A stretch of 64,000 nucleotides of DNA from Mobula hypostoma (lineage: Eukaryota). The notes under the pieces were generated by a model that was given only the letters and a program-made list of their open reading frames with translations, did no database searches and was not told where the DNA came from. Shown in pieces: positions 27,001 to 36,631 of this stretch (its first letter is position 1; the number at the start of each line of letters is the position of its first letter). Both the position numbers and the translations under genes were made by a program. The stretch covers positions 88,724,001-88,788,000 of the forward strand of contig NC_086108.1 in assembly GCF_963921235.1 (NCBI RefSeq), read 5' to 3'.

Positions 27001-29872
27001 TGGAGGGAGGGAGCACCTTATACGTCTTTTGATAGAGACATATCTCCACCCAGCCACCATAAAGCAGTACCAATATCAATACAACAATGTATTGTGGAAA
27101 AACAACTTACGTTACAGAAGAAAACTGTTCTGCAGACATTACTTATTTCAATAATAGTAAGGTATAGGAATGTCTAAATGTACAATCAATGAATGGATGC
27201 AAGTCATTTTACATTTACTAATTTAAATTCTCTTAAGTAGTTTCAATACCCATAAGCTTCAGTTCTTGAAAGAGCTCTGTATAATTTGGTATGTTTATTG
27301 TTTGTAATGTGGGTACATGAACTTCTATCTCCCTGTAGAATGCCGGAGCTCATCCATACTTTGGCTGTATAATACTTACACTGGTGATTCTACAGGCACT
27401 TGTGGCCATACTCAGACCCAATCCGTATGCTCCCAGGTAGGTCTATCAGTAATTGTAATACTTCCCTGTAATCTCTTCTGACACAACCTTTGATAATAAG
27501 AAAGGAAATCAATGTAATGTTAAAATACCTTAAACTAAGATCAATGGGGAATATAGTATGTTTTAAAATAGCAAGCCATATCACTATAACTTCTACAACT
27601 TGTTTATTTTAATATTCATCATCTATAGGCGATATCTCTTTAACTGGTTTCATTGGACTACAGGCACTTTTGCTCGTATAATTGCGGGTAAGTTTAAAGA
27701 AAAATGTTTTTAATTAATAAAGACTTTCTAATAAATCTTGATAAAATGGGCTTAAATGCAGACCAGTTACAGCAGGACTAAGGATTTATTAAATCAATGG
27801 ACATGCCTCATGGTGGAATTCTGAAAACTGGTTCTCAGCTGATTTTCATTAAACAGTATGGAAACTTCCAATGAGAATTACAGAATACAGGACCTTATGT
27901 TAACTTGTGACTCCTTCAATCTGCAATGAATGATCACCTTCAGAATTAATTTCCTGTGCACCTTGACTAGTAAGTAATGCAAGGGTTCTTCAAAGGGATA
28001 GAAAAAAGAACATATTGAATACACAAGGAGGTGTGTGGGGGGGAATATATGCTTTTAAAATGGTAACAATGTACAAGTGAAAATCTGTACAAAATTTAAT
28101 AAAATAGAAGACCATGCCTTCACTAAGTATTATCTGTTATTTGTACACTATATAATTCTAATGAGGTTCCTTAAGGCTGTTATAGCTGGGGGTGGTAATG
28201 GGGACAATTTCCCACTGATATAAGATGCTCCCAACAGAGTGTGCCTCAAATAGCCTCCGCCAACTAAGTCCAATTCTGGCCTTCACATGTGGCTTAGCCA
28301 CTAAACCTGGCGGAACCATTTCTACCAACAGAAGAGGGAGCAAAGGTGAAGTACTGGCGACTTTCAATCCATTGCTTTGGGCAGATGGGGCTTGTCAGCT
28401 ATGGGGAAGAAAACCTCTGATCTAAAGCCTCTGCTGCCTTGCAACTACACCCACTCATGGGGAAGGCTTTGACAGTAAACCCGAGGGAAAAATCCAGAGC
28501 TGGAGTACATTGAATTCAATACTGACTGGCAACTCCTGTAACACTGCTGGTACCAAACTGTATCAGTCTCTGCCATTCCTTTGGGTTCACCAGATGCGAG
28601 GAGAGGGGGAGCTTGCTACATGGGCAGCAGCTTGTTCTCCATATCGTACTGCCCTGGCTTGTGTATCTAGACAGCTAGGGCACAACATCCACGGTCGACC
28701 CTGACTGACGGAGGGTCATACCATACCAATTCCAATGAACGTGATGGTTTTTTGCCTTCATGGGAGACGATATCTTTTAATTTCAGATATTCTTCCATAG
28801 TGGCCATAGCTTGGATTATCCTTTCACAGTGGACATCTGCCCAACTTGTATTATTTCACCAGAGTTATTGTGGAAAGTAATATCAGTTTTTACTTTTATT
28901 ACATTATTGGGTATTCATTAGGAATTGCTGACTAGAATGAATTGCTGACATTTAATTTAATCTTCACACAGTTGGATCGATCTTTCTTGGAATGGATCTA
29001 CCAGCCCTGGATCTCCATAACCCTTGGGATACATTAGTAATGGTTGGATTCATAATTTGGCATGTGGCAACAGAACTAATTCTAGAAGCACATAATTACA
29101 TAATTACTAGTAAAGGTCAGGGTTTGTTTATATCACTTGTAGTTAATTTTAATGTTTCTTACATTACTGTGAGAATTTGTAAGACCACTGGGATTCCAAA
29201 CCACCTCAACAATTTAGAAGTAATGAAACTGCTAGACATTTGATTTAATGCTACCGTCAGGGGAAATATTTCTCAGTAATCTCTTCATAGTGCTTCATAT
29301 GCTGATGAATAATGGTTGTATCATCAGCAGTTTACACCTAAGCACTGAAACTCCTGCTCTCAATCTCTGATTTCTTTTAAGCTGCTCCTTAAAACCTCTC
29401 TTTGCCCATGCTGTGATTGTTGACTTCAATATCACATGTTACTCAGCAATAAGATTTACATTTTCCAGCACTCTTATAGTTTGATTTACAATGTATAAAT
29501 GGAAGTTTCACTGTTACCTTAGATCTTGCTGAAGATGAATTTTGATTTCATCTTTTCGTAGCACGGAAACGAGAAGAGGATAAAATGGAGATAATGGATT
29601 CGAGTGAATTGATTGATCCACAGGTAACACAATGTTGGCTTTTGATTTTTATTATGGCTGGAAGCATCAGAATTACATAACTCTTTCAGTGACTTTCATT
29701 TAAGTAACAATGCAGAAATATTGTAACATAGCAGGAAAGTAATTTCAATTTGAATTCATATTTAATCCTACAATTACAGGGTCATAGGCTTAAAATGATG
29801 ATATTAACAATCTACATCTGTGGAAACCTAACATTTCTGATAACATTACTTGTTGGAATTAGCCTTATTTGA
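1097..29872 (+). CDS. FRRS1: Ferric-chelate reductase 1 (DOMON + cytochrome b561), 5'-partial, 10 exons: 1097-1195, 2187-2334, 6748-6861, 11519-11634, 19760-19846, 27339-27436, 27629-27687, 28972-29115, 29562-29623, 29780-29872
   Basis: Hand-spliced at GT-AG junctions with matching phases: 1020 nt, 339 aa + TGA. The peptide follows vertebrate FRRS1 ([46 protein letters not shown]). The four b561 heme His (KAH, VH, AHP, FHW) are present. Confidence 0.96.
1335..1775 (+). mobile_element. CR1 LINE 3' fragment
   Basis: RT C-terminus ([15 protein letters not shown]) plus 3' UTR and ctatgttct-type tail. Confidence 0.8.
2187..2334 (+). CDS. FRRS1: FRRS1 exon (DOMON): [22 protein letters not shown]...[13 protein letters not shown]
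   Basis: tggcag acceptor, gtgggt donor, 148 nt, phase 0/1. Confidence 0.95.
2571..2780 (+). mobile_element. tRNA-derived V-SINE-like element
   Basis: Pol III-like head, gtttgtacgttttccc...ccacattc central domain, A-rich tail. Confidence 0.55.
2785..5700 (+). mobile_element. Tigger/pogo-like non-autonomous DNA element split by an L1 insertion (pieces ~2785-2890 and ~5195-5700)
   Basis: Collinear with the uninterrupted copy at 18372-19157. Confidence 0.65.
2895..5175 (-). mobile_element. L1/Tx1-clade LINE ORF2 remnant, frameshifted and internally deleted; contains a CR1 tail at 2934-3102
   Basis: [37 protein letters not shown] and HMFWSC motifs; poly(T) on + at the 3' end. Confidence 0.88.
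5790..6370 (+). mobile_element. Old, highly decayed CR1 3' region
   Basis: Residual RT C-terminal and 3' UTR similarity. Confidence 0.45.
6748..6861 (+). CDS. FRRS1: FRRS1 exon: [16 protein letters not shown]...[12 protein letters not shown]
   Basis: ttaaag acceptor, gttagt donor, 114 nt, phase 1/1. Confidence 0.93.
7414..8662 (+). mobile_element. CR1 5' region: repeated 5' UTR and ORF1 (Cys finger + SGNH esterase)
   Basis: [49 protein letters not shown]. Confidence 0.8.
8664..9353 (+). mobile_element. Rearranged Penelope pseudo-LTR cassette
   Basis: Pyrimidine-rich pLTR matching 58181-58620 and 53170-53614; includes (TC)n at ~9035-9069. Confidence 0.8.
9303..9338 (+). ncRNA. Minimal type-I hammerhead ribozyme motif in a Penelope pseudo-LTR
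   Basis: AGUC-CUGACGA-A-GGGU(CUCA)GCCC-GAAA-CGUC^GACU: intact core, stem II, palindromic ACGU stem III, stem I AGUC/GACU. Confidence 0.8.
9360..9860 (+). mobile_element. CR1 RT fragment
   Basis: [21 protein letters not shown] RT motif; [11 protein letters not shown]. Confidence 0.8.
11519..11634 (+). CDS. FRRS1: FRRS1 exon (b561 TM): [26 protein letters not shown]...KKIWFL
   Basis: cttcttag acceptor, gtatgt donor, 116 nt, phase 1/0. Confidence 0.95.
11913..12231 (-). mobile_element. tRNA-derived SINE with 13-bp TSD AAGAGACTGAAAT
   Basis: A-box-like TGGCGGAAC and B box GGTTCGAAAC on -; TSD at 11900-11912 and 12232-12244; paralogous to 38711-38993. Confidence 0.85.
12640..12940 (+). mobile_element. 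Rex1/Babar-type LINE RT fragment
   Basis: [35 protein letters not shown]. Confidence 0.75.
12941..14030 (-). mobile_element. CR1 ORF1 end plus APE endonuclease
   Basis: [40 protein letters not shown]. Confidence 0.85.
14069..14263 (+). repeat. 195-bp element, copy 1 (copy 2 at 23634-23828)
   Basis: Directly alignable by eye. Confidence 0.9.
14723..14954 (+). mobile_element. Short solo LTR (232 bp)
   Basis: TG...CA ends, internal AATAAA, 5-bp flanks AATAT/AATTT; interrupts otherwise contiguous CR1 sequence. Confidence 0.65.
15023..15321 (+). mobile_element. Non-autonomous Penelope mini-element with hammerhead and 12-bp TSD
   Basis: TSD GTGAGAGTGGAT at 15011-15022 and 15322-15333; ~33-bp terminal direct repeats. 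Confidence 0.85.
15188..15223 (+). ncRNA. Minimal type-I hammerhead ribozyme motif (Penelope-derived)
   Basis: AGUC-CUGACGA-AGGGUCUCGGCCU-GAAA-CGUC^GACU. Confidence 0.75.
16456..17063 (+). mobile_element. Rex1/Babar-type LINE 3' end
   Basis: [38 protein letters not shown] followed by a (TCTAA)n tail. Confidence 0.8.
18372..19157 (+). mobile_element. Tigger/pogo-like non-autonomous DNA transposon
   Basis: TA-CAGTGGAGTCTGGTTAATTGGG left end and degenerate inverted right end (caattaatagtatccattg). Confidence 0.65.
19760..19846 (+). CDS. FRRS1: FRRS1 exon: [29 protein letters not shown]
   Basis: ttttag acceptor, gtaagt donor, 87 nt, phase 0/0. Confidence 0.95.
21030..23505 (+). mobile_element. 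Degenerate, internally deleted CR1 containing a V-SINE-like insertion (~21710-22063)
   Basis: KSPGPD motif and RT remnants; SINE core gtttgtatgttctcccc with an (AAAT)n tail. Confidence 0.7.
23634..23828 (+). repeat. 195-bp element, copy 2
   Basis: Directly alignable with 14069-14263. Confidence 0.9.
24431..26470 (-). mobile_element. CR1 ORF2 3' half, inserted into a Rex-type 3' end (~24262-24430 and ~26470-26680)
   Basis: KSPGPDG, KFADDMK and [10 protein letters not shown] motifs; (ATAAGACC)n tail on +. Confidence 0.85.
27339..27436 (+). CDS. FRRS1: FRRS1 exon: [33 protein letters not shown]
   Basis: cctgtag acceptor, gtaggt donor, 98 nt, phase 0/2. Confidence 0.95.
27629..27687 (+). CDS. 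FRRS1: FRRS1 exon: [19 protein letters not shown]
   Basis: ctatag acceptor, gtaagt donor, 59 nt, phase 2/1. Confidence 0.95.
28160..28720. mobile_element. Non-coding interspersed repeat, possibly RTE-related
   Basis: GC-richer block in an AT-rich intron; family call is by impression only. Confidence 0.3.
28972..29115 (+). CDS. FRRS1: FRRS1 exon: [20 protein letters not shown]...[11 protein letters not shown]
   Basis: cacacag acceptor, gtcagg donor, 144 nt, phase 1/1. Confidence 0.95.
29562..29623 (+). CDS. FRRS1: FRRS1 exon: [20 protein letters not shown]
   Basis: ttttcgtag acceptor, gtaaca donor, 62 nt, phase 1/0. Confidence 0.9.
29780..29872 (+). CDS. FRRS1: FRRS1 last coding exon: [30 protein letters not shown]
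   Basis: ttacag acceptor; C-terminal TM helix; TGA at 29870-29872. Confidence 0.95.
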   Translation, partial: GHRLKMMILTIYICGNLTFLITLLVGISLI

Positions 29873-30237
29873 CGGTCACTCCACTGCCTCCTGCATTTTT
29901 GCCTCCATCGAACCGGTCTTTGCTGATGCCATCTGATCTTTTTCTGACGAGACTGCTGCTTTCCTGCTTGTCATGCACCGAACTGAAGATCCATCAGCAG
30001 GGAACTGAAATGCTGCACCAAAAGACTTACTGTTTTACTTTCTATTTAGGAAATAGCACGAGTGTGAATTATTTAAAGATTAACAGTGTTAATAATAAGC
30101 AATAAGGCAGAATTCGGCGAAACTGACTTTGAATGAAGTGTGAATAGCAAGCAGTTACAACGTTTGTAGTTATGGATTACTTTAGTGGTTTTGGATTTTT
30201 TAATAGATACAGATGTTCACTTGGTCTACAAAATAAT

Positions 30238-30243
30238 AATAAA
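30238..30243 (+). terminator. Candidate FRRS1 polyadenylation signal
   Basis: AATAAA ~365 nt after the stop in an AT-rich 3' UTR. Confidence 0.4.
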
Positions 30244-32399
30244 TGTAATGTGGATCAAAAGTAATGTTATTAAAAAGTAACCTCAAATTAATAGTGATTC
30301 AATGTGTTTTTTAAAATTGTTTTGTAAGTGAACTTGTCCTATTAAATTAGCAATTTAATGGACTTTAAAAAAAGTTTCCTTTTCCAACTCAGCATAATTT
30401 GAACTAGTATATATTGAGTTTGAACAATTGTATCGATAATTTTTACATCTATTGCTGTGTGTATTGCATTCATGATGCCACCTTGATTTTTAATTCTTAG
30501 TCCAAGGAGTTGAATTTTAATATTTGTGAATTATGGAAACTGTGTTTTCTAGTTTGATCGATGTGATTGTATTTTAACTTTATAGTGTTAGTTGAAGATA
30601 TACACAATTCAGAGAAAAAAATTCTCTTAGACCATCATCATTTCTGTATGCATCTTTTAAACCGGATTCTCAGAATATTATGCCGCAGCGCAAGTCTTTC
30701 CAACATTGTAGTGAATTTGTAGACACATAAACACTACATATCAATGAATTTTTGGTAGCAAAACTGCAAAACAGGATAAAGGCTGCCAGATACAATCATT
30801 AATGTAGAAATATTAAATAGTAATGTTTCATATCATTAGAGATTGCACTCTACAAAAGTACATAAAAAGAACCCATGCACAGATTACATTTAATAATAAA
30901 ATAATACCTTAAGTACAAAACAGGTCAAACAGCCATGAAACTGAACATATTACCTAATTGTTCTCTTTCAGATGTTGATCAATGCTTTTACTTTTGTTAT
31001 CCATACATTCATAATTTTTATCAGCATCTTGTTCCAAATGTGTTTCTTATTCAAAAGGGTAATATATATATATACAAAATTTGGGTGAAGTATGGTCAAA
31101 GTGTTCTGTTCTGATCACATATTATGCTCCACTGAATAATATTTCTTAAGGGAATTCAAAGCCAAACCACCATTTAAAACTATGTTAGACCCCAATGCAT
31201 CTCAGATGACATTATTTCATTGCAAAATATTTTAGGTAATCTAAAACTGTATCATTGCCTTAAGATTGCCAATGATCTTTCAGATAAAATATGAGACCTC
31301 AAATAATAGTTTTGCACCTCCACCGTCCACCCCCATGCTCCCCATCTTGTCCAGCCGAACCCAACTGCCAGTCTCATGCAGCTATTGTTTTCTGACATGC
31401 TTATGAAACGATTGACACAAGGGCGACTGCTTATCCTAGAAATCTGGAGCAACACACACAAAATACTAGAGAAACTCAGATGTGCAATTGTGTGCAAAGG
31501 AAATTGAGACCCTTTCAGAGGTCTCAGCCCAAAATGTGAACTGGTCAATTCTCTCTGCAGATGCACCCTGACCTGCTGAGTTCCTGCATCATTTTGTGCA
31601 TTTTGCTTATGAAGTTCTTTTTGATTTTGTAGTTGCTGGCACATCTAGCAATCTCTAGGTTCAGTGCCAGGGCATTCTTGTGATGAGTTCTTATTGATCT
31701 TGTGCCCTGCAGACAAATGATATATTGTTAGTGCATCTACAGAGGCTCATCCTGCACCAATTGCTTTAATGGAGGAATTCAACTGAAAGGTTCCAAGTTA
31801 TTGCAGATACCATAAAAGATTACAGCTGGAAAAGTGACAGGTCATAGCAGAGGGTGGCCGTACTTATACCTGGTGATCTTGAGGAAATATAACGGAGAGC
31901 ATTTGGTGTCAGATTTAATACAACTCATCTGCAATAATCTTCAGTTTTTATGGCAGAAAAACAAAAATACATAGGTAGATCCAAAATAAGAGTAACAATA
32001 ACATTATTGTTGAACAACGTAAATCAAGAAAGGTTTCAAAGAAGGGAACAGTTTTCCACTGAACTCCTAAAGAAAGAATGGAAGGAGGTTTAGGTTTCAA
32101 CTTACAATTAAATAATAATAAACTCCCCTAAATGCCTCAATGATTTTTTTCTCTTTTATCTGTAAATTAATGTCAATTTTGTGAATTTTGTCGGTTCATT
32201 CACTTTGCTTTAAGAATATTGTGCATGGCTTTTAAAATGCTCATATTGCCCACTGACAAATCCCATGAGTCTGTGAGTTATACTGGGCGGTGAAACAAGC
32301 TGGAAGAATAAAATACACACTGTAAATTCCCAGCAAAAAAATAGTTGTCCACTGTTGCATGAAAAAAATGAAGAATTTGTTAAAGAAATAATTACAAAG

Positions 32400-33420
32400 T
32401 TTGAACATAGATTATAGAATAATACTGCTAATACAGGCCTTTTGGCCCATGGTGTTATGCCAATCTACTCCATGATTAATCTAACCCCTCTCTCTTATAC
32501 AGCCTATAAACCTCCATTTCCCTTACACCTATTTGTCTATCTAAGAGTCTTTAAAAGGCCCCTACCGCAACCCCAGCAGTCCATTCCAAGCACCTACCAC
32601 TTTCTGTGTAAAATAACCTAGTTCTGATATCTCCCTAAACTTTCTTCCACTCACCATATACAGATGTCCTCTAGTATTGTCGGTGCCACCATGTGAAAGG
32701 GACACAGCACTGTAGAGCAGTAGTGAACACAGTTGGATGGAACTGAAAAGGATGTGAAAGGAAATGTAATGGAATAGATGGACCTAGGAGTGCATAGTTT
32801 GTTAAAAGCAGCATCACGTGGTGGTGTAAAAAGCACATAGGACACTGCCATCATCAGTCAAGGCACTGAGTAGGGAGCTGGGACATTATGTTGCAACTAA
32901 GTAAGGAATTGATGAGGCCACACTTGGAGAACTGTGTAAAGTTTTATTCACCCTGTCTGGGAAAAACATGTTTAAACTGGAAAGAGTGTTGAAAATATTT
33001 ACCAGGACTAGGGGGCCAGAGGCATAGGAAGAAGTTGGAAAGTTTATGCCTTTAAATTTTTAGAAATGTTTAAAATTAAAAGGGGCATAGATAAGATGGA
33101 TGGTAGCAGTCTTGTCCCCATTGAACTCCAAAACTAGTGGGCATTGGTATAGGGTGAGAGGGGAAAGATCTGAATGGGACCTAAGGGATAACCCTCTCAT
33201 GTTGAGGGCAGTGAGTATATGGAATGAGTTGCCAGAGGAAGTGGTTGAGGCATGTACAATAATATGTTTCATGAAGCACTTGGATAGGGACATGGAGAGG
33301 CAAGATTTAGAGGGATATGGGATGAACTTAGGAAATTGGGTCTAACTGGGTGAGCATTGTGATCAGCATAGATTTGTTGGGCTAAAGGCCCTATATCTGT
33401 GCTATACTGCTCTGTGACTC
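32400..33420. mobile_element. Two decayed CR1 3' ends (- at ~32400-32700, + at ~32720-33420)
   Basis: VSIWNELPEEVVEA; 3' tails. Confidence 0.7.
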
Positions 33421-36112
33421 ACCTCTCAAATTTAATTGGTTCAACTTTACCTGAGAGTAAATTATTGGCTGCATTTGAAGATCCCAAACTCTCCTCAGAA
33501 GCTCTTGCTGCTTCATGGAGACTACACCTTTGCTTACGGAGCTCATTCTCCCTTTGTAGAGCTTCTTTGATCTCCTGACTAATGATGGAATGAGCTCCAT
33601 GTGAGCGGAGTTTGAAGAAGGGGTTATTTTGCTGTGTGTCTTCTCTTTGGATTGATGAGTTAGAAGACAGTGGTAAGCATGAAGAACGTTGTATGATCAG
33701 GTTTGGTGTTTGCAGTATTACGACGTCAGCAGTTTCTGTATTTGAATAGTTGAGATTCAATACAGAATCTTTAACATTTGCCTTGTCTTTCTCAGAAGCC
33801 AGTAGATCATCTTGCAATATAAGTACATTGGAAACTTTGGTTTCATTACTGAAGGGATTCCTTATAGGAGGTGAAACCAGCAATGTGGCTGGAGAAGTAA
33901 TAGATGGAGCTAACATTTTATTGGGAAATGAGAATGGGAAGGGATTTTGCTGATCAAAAAACTTCCTTTTCCCCTCTATCTCTGGAATCACACTTTTGTT
34001 GTACCTTCCCGAAATCTTTCCCTGCTGTATAAGATCTTCCTCTCTGTGCCGTTCAAGTAACATTTCACGTTGTATTTGCATCTCAGCAAAATGATTATTT
34101 TTGACCTTAGGCGATGAAGAGGGAGAAACAGGCAGCAAGCTCAGAGGCCTGGATTTGATCTCCGTGTATTTTTCAGAGCAAGGAAGTGTGATCATGCCTC
34201 GGGCTTTTCTAAGACTCTCCTCGCGCTTTAGACTGAGGCGAATCTCCTTTTCAATAGGTGTCTCAGGCTTCTCATTCATCATGGGCAGGGAATGCGATGA
34301 TTCGTTCTGAACTACAGGCTCAAGCAAGTTGTTACCTTGAAGTCTATGTGTCCTGTCGTCCAGTCCAGAATCATTCCCTTCTGGGCAAGGACTACAATAA
34401 TCCAATAATAAATTCTGGTCTATAGCCCCTGTCGTGCCATTCTTCTGTTGTGATGCCACCACATCCTGTTCTTTATTTGGATTTGTTGAATTTCTCATGC
34501 ATTCATCTGTTAGAGTTTTGATTCCTGTTGACCCCTTGCTTTGCATGTTATCTTCTGAGAGCAAAGGTCCAGAAAGGGGTGAGGCTACTTCATTTTCTAT
34601 TGATTTATTGATGGAAGAGTCATCTTCTTTCTCTTTAGTAACATGTTTGGTTACCATTTTATTCTTCTGCTCTTTGACTGATGGCCTGTAACTGTGTGTC
34701 CTGCTCATCGCTTCCAGCCTCAGCCACTGTTTGCGAGCCGTGGCAAAATCCATGTGTTCCATGTCCACACTTTGACTGTCTGACACCTCAGTCTCGTGCT
34801 TCACCCCTTGAAATGGCTTAGCAGATTGAGTTTTAATACCCCAGGGCTTGAACTGCGTTTCGTCACTCTGGCCTGGGCTATTTCTCTGTCTTTGATGCTG
34901 CAGTTCCATTATCTCCAACACAAGCTTCCTATTGAGAGAAGTCAAGCTTTCAGCTGAACCATATCTTTTAATGAACTTACGGTTAAGTTGATTTGTCTCT
35001 GTATGTTTTTGGAGGCATTTGAACTTGTTCGTCTGATCTGATCCCAACTCTTCTGCATATGGCACTGGAGGAGTGGTGATTGGCAAAGGTTCATTTTGAA
35101 TAGCAGTTGAAATGTTTTTGGACTCCTGTTGATATATCAACCTGTTGCATGGTGTTTGATTACTGTTGCTGCCTGAATAAGCAATCCTTCCACTTTCATC
35201 CATCACTGACAGATTAATTAAGTCTTTATTGTCCTGTGGCATGCCTAAAATATTTGGACTTTCCTTGGTCAACTTAGTTAAATCAGTTGAGGAAAAATTA
35301 TTCGGCTTTTCTTCATTTTCACTCATTTTTGAAGAGTTTTCAGACATAACTCCATTGGAGGTTAATACTGACTGATTTGATGTTGATTCCTTTTTAGATT
35401 TGGCGCTTGCTACCGTAGCTTCATTTCCAGTTTGGAAATTGTCCACCATTTTTTCTTGGTAGACCTCAATTGGAACAGTGGCAACTGAAAGAGGTTTCTT
35501 GGCAAGGATCTGTCCTGTCACCTCTAAATCCTTTTGTGCTAATGTGCCTGCAGTTTGGGTAACCAGTACTGTAGCTGGAAAGTCTTTGAAGTACTCTTTG
35601 TGTGTTGTGCCACAGGTTACTTTTGACATTTCATAAGATGAAGGCCTTGTTTCAAACTGCATAGCATGATCGAAAACCTTTTTGATTTTGAGAACTTCGC
35701 CTTGAAGATCATGGTTTAGGTTTTCTGAATTGTCATTACAATTTTCATTATGTTTTGTTGAAGTGGATTTTGCTATTAATTTGCAACTATTGAAGGTTTC
35801 CTTTATGTCTTTTAACACAGCGCATTCGTGTGTGGCATTCACATGAAGTCCGCCTTGTGGATCAATGGCCTTCTCTGTTAGTTTTGTTTCCATGGTAATA
35901 GGTTTCGACACATAAGCTCTTTCAGAACATGAGAAGTCTACACCAGAGTCCATAGTTACAGCTGACGAACAAGCATCTCTAATGTCAACATCATTTTCTT
36001 TTCCATTCTTGACCTCCTCAGTCAGAACACCACTTTGCTGCATAGTCAAATATGCACGTAAATTAGTCACAAGATGCTTTAAACAAACTTTTCCACAAAG
36101 CACATGATACAT
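33419..36112 (-). CDS. Large coding exon of a MISP/AKAP2-family (mitotic spindle positioning-like) protein; 897-aa ORF
   Basis: Long uninterrupted non-TE ORF with family motifs DFATARKQWLRLE, DSGLDD, ETPIEKEIRLSLKREESLRKARG, QREMLLERHREEDL and NPFFKLRS...SQEIKEALQRENELRKQR. Likely donor CAG|GTAAAG at 33451. Candidate acceptors at 36124 and at 36037 (phase 0, CTAAT branch point ~26 nt upstream). Exact orthologue unresolved. Confidence 0.88.
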   Translation of the reverse strand: MYHVLCGKVCLKHLVTNLRAYLTMQQSGVLTEEVKNGKENDVDIRDACSSAVTMDSGVDFSCSERAYVSKPITMETKLTEKAIDPQGGLHVNATHECAVLKDIKETFNSCKLIAKSTSTKHNENCNDNSENLNHDLQGEVLKIKKVFDHAMQFETRPSSYEMSKVTCGTTHKEYFKDFPATVLVTQTAGTLAQKDLEVTGQILAKKPLSVATVPIEVYQEKMVDNFQTGNEATVASAKSKKESTSNQSVLTSNGVMSENSSKMSENEEKPNNFSSTDLTKLTKESPNILGMPQDNKDLINLSVMDESGRIAYSGSNSNQTPCNRLIYQQESKNISTAIQNEPLPITTPPVPYAEELGSDQTNKFKCLQKHTETNQLNRKFIKRYGSAESLTSLNRKLVLEIMELQHQRQRNSPGQSDETQFKPWGIKTQSAKPFQGVKHETEVSDSQSVDMEHMDFATARKQWLRLEAMSRTHSYRPSVKEQKNKMVTKHVTKEKEDDSSINKSIENEVASPLSGPLLSEDNMQSKGSTGIKTLTDECMRNSTNPNKEQDVVASQQKNGTTGAIDQNLLLDYCSPCPEGNDSGLDDRTHRLQGNNLLEPVVQNESSHSLPMMNEKPETPIEKEIRLSLKREESLRKARGMITLPCSEKYTEIKSRPLSLLPVSPSSSPKVKNNHFAEMQIQREMLLERHREEDLIQQGKISGRYNKSVIPEIEGKRKFFDQQNPFPFSFPNKMLAPSITSPATLLVSPPIRNPFSNETKVSNVLILQDDLLASEKDKANVKDSVLNLNYSNTETADVVILQTPNLIIQRSSCLPLSSNSSIQREDTQQNNPFFKLRSHGAHSIISQEIKEALQRENELRKQRCSLHEAARASEESLGSSNAANNLLSGKVEPIKFER

Positions 36113-36631
36113 TCACTCCACAAACTGCACAGAAATTTCTATTCACTGGATCAGATTTTAAACAGAGGTCACGTGGAGAAATCACATGGTATTTATTTAA
36201 GTAACAAAAGAGTTCTGTTTATCAGATGGCACTTATCCCGGGGCCTAGATGTGAAATACTGTAGATAATGTAAATTTTTAATTCTTGCTTGTGAGACCAC
36301 GTGTGTATTTTTGTTTTGCACATTGAAGTTACTCCATTAAATGTAAGGGCAAAGGAAATGTCTATGTACATATATATTTAAGTGCTTTCTGTAATATTTC
36401 AGAGACTGCATCAATACCTTCATATAGTGATTGTACTGTTTAGCAGTGCAGTTAGTTCTTGCACAGTATTTTGAAAACATTTTAATGAGACAACATTTTT
36501 GTGAGAAAACCCGTCAGTTCATGGATCATATACAAAATAAACACATCTGTAATTCCACTTCCTATTTCAGAGGTTTTCTAACATATGCAACAGAGTTTCA
36601 CATCTGTACACTTTAGCTGAAAAGAGGTAAA

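Noticed and set aside
30078..30093. IRE-like hairpin ATTAA-CAGTG-TTAAT in the FRRS1 3' UTR
   Set aside because: The loop is 5 nt rather than CAGUGN, the bulge base is G rather than C, and the stem is all A-U
30625..30705. LALR...*ESGL on -, reminiscent of the AKAP2 C-terminal LALRWE motif
   Set aside because: Needs a frameshift and a stop and has no suitable acceptor; consistent with chance
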